Shown here: one piece after another, positions 62,811-64,000 of the stretch
Layout of the letters: each line of letters opens with the position of its first letter
Numbering within the stretch: the first letter of the stretch is position 1
Origin: Haliotis cracherodii
Taxonomy: Eukaryota
Reading direction: 5' to 3'
Length of the DNA: 64,000 nt
NCBI RefSeq assembly: GCF_022045235.1
Contig: NW_027266286.1
Coordinates: forward strand, 70,990,001-71,054,000
The notes under the pieces: generated by a model
Told to the model about the DNA's origin: nothing
Seen by the model: only the letters and a program-made list of their open reading frames with translations
Database searches by the model: none
Made by a program: the position numbers and the translations under genes

Positions 62811-64000
62811 GATGTTTGAATGTAGATCATTATCAGCAACATAAGACAATATGTGCGTGACATCACGTTCTCAGCTGTCTCAGCTGTCTTTTATGTGTGT
62901 TTGGGTTTTGTTCCCTAAAATTTTTTAACTTGACAATCCCATGGAAACTTCAAATATTTCAAGATCATTGAATCATCTATGGTTACTACTTTTTGAGATG
63001 TGTGCGAAACAAATTATTACTTTTTCATGAACTGTCATTTTTGTGGAAAATGTTAAAATACTGGAGTATATTATACAAAGGTAAATCATTTTCTGTTGGA
63101 TAATCAGCTGCATATTATGTCAGTTCTCAAAGGCAAGGCAAGGACCGCCTCTTGGGCCTAGTGGATAGAGCGGCTGCGACGAAAACGGAAGGTCGGTGGT
63201 CCGATGCCCGCTCGCATCATACAAAAAGACTTTAAAAGATGTTACCTGCAGTTGTTACCCTGTCTGGCGCTCGGTATTAAGGGGACAAAACAAGGAATAG
63301 TCCGGTCGGAGTCAGTAAACTGTGTCTGAATGGGGTAACCGCGGTACGGTAGCTCAGTGGGTTAGTACTATAAAACCGGCCTGAGACCGTTCTAGTACGT
63401 ATACAAGCAGCCACATACACACACGCGCGCATGCGCGCACGCACGCACGCAAGCACACACACACACGTGCATGCACGTCGCTATATGAGTGCAATAATCT
63501 TGAACGCCCTTTTAAACCCCTTTTTGAATCAGTTTATGTCACAGCGAGGTTTACAAGATATAGCACGTGGTTGTGTTAGTTTTTTCTGGGTTTGTTTGAC
63601 ACATTTTGAAGGGTTTCTTAGATTTAGAGGATAAAACAACAACTGGTCGATTTGGAGTTACTTTCACGTGTGTGAGTGAGGTATCCACGTTAATCTTCAG
63701 CGTGGTATCTCAGTATGCTAGTTCTATCATACCAACATTAGCCCGGACTAGTACACATGCCCGCACGCACACTCGCACACACACACACACACACGCACAT
63801 ACACACACGCACACACGTGTTTAAACCTTATTTTCACCTCACCTTGGGTATTTACATTTAAACTTGAAACATCAATATGAGGAGTAATGTTTTTGTCATT
63901 CCGATTCTGAAAAATGTTCTTACCACTGCCTTCTTGAAATGACATTAAAAAACATCATGAATGGACCCACTCGTGGAATAATAGTGTAATATATCTATTC

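Larger units (their letters stand above)
59102..64000 (+). repeat. Segmental duplication copy 2 (contains B3), runs off the window end
   Basis: The last bases of the window match 52801-52820. Confidence 0.95.

Overview
Eukaryotic, repeat-rich genomic DNA, most likely from a gastropod mollusc such as abalone (Haliotis). This is inferred from PL14 lyase homologues and mollusc-type SINEs, not proven. There are two assembly gaps (32524-32677, 50901-51034). The left half (1-32 kb) holds mostly SINEs, MITEs and minisatellites, a local ~1.1-kb duplication, and one orphan minus-strand ORF (387 aa, 18422-19585). The right half (33-64 kb) is a cluster of five spliced genes for secreted polysaccharide lyase family 14 (PL14, alginate-lyase-like) proteins. 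Two are type A (A1, A2; minus strand) and three are type B (B1 minus and frameshifted; B2 plus; B3 minus). Each gene has a ~30-41-nt non-coding exon 1, a signal-peptide exon 2 and one large exon 3. Main result: all five keep the PL14 scaffold motifs but lack the Y-x-Y tyrosine pair and much of the basic cleft of characterised mollusc alginate lyases. They still appear to be under purifying selection, are homogenised by gene conversion, and share a GATA-TATA-Inr core promoter; the B genes also share a palindromic IR3 (ERE-type) element. This suggests an undescribed non-canonical PL14 subfamily (pseudoenzyme/lectin or altered substrate). Tc1/mariner, R4/Dong-like and CR1/L2-like transposon remnants lie within the cluster.
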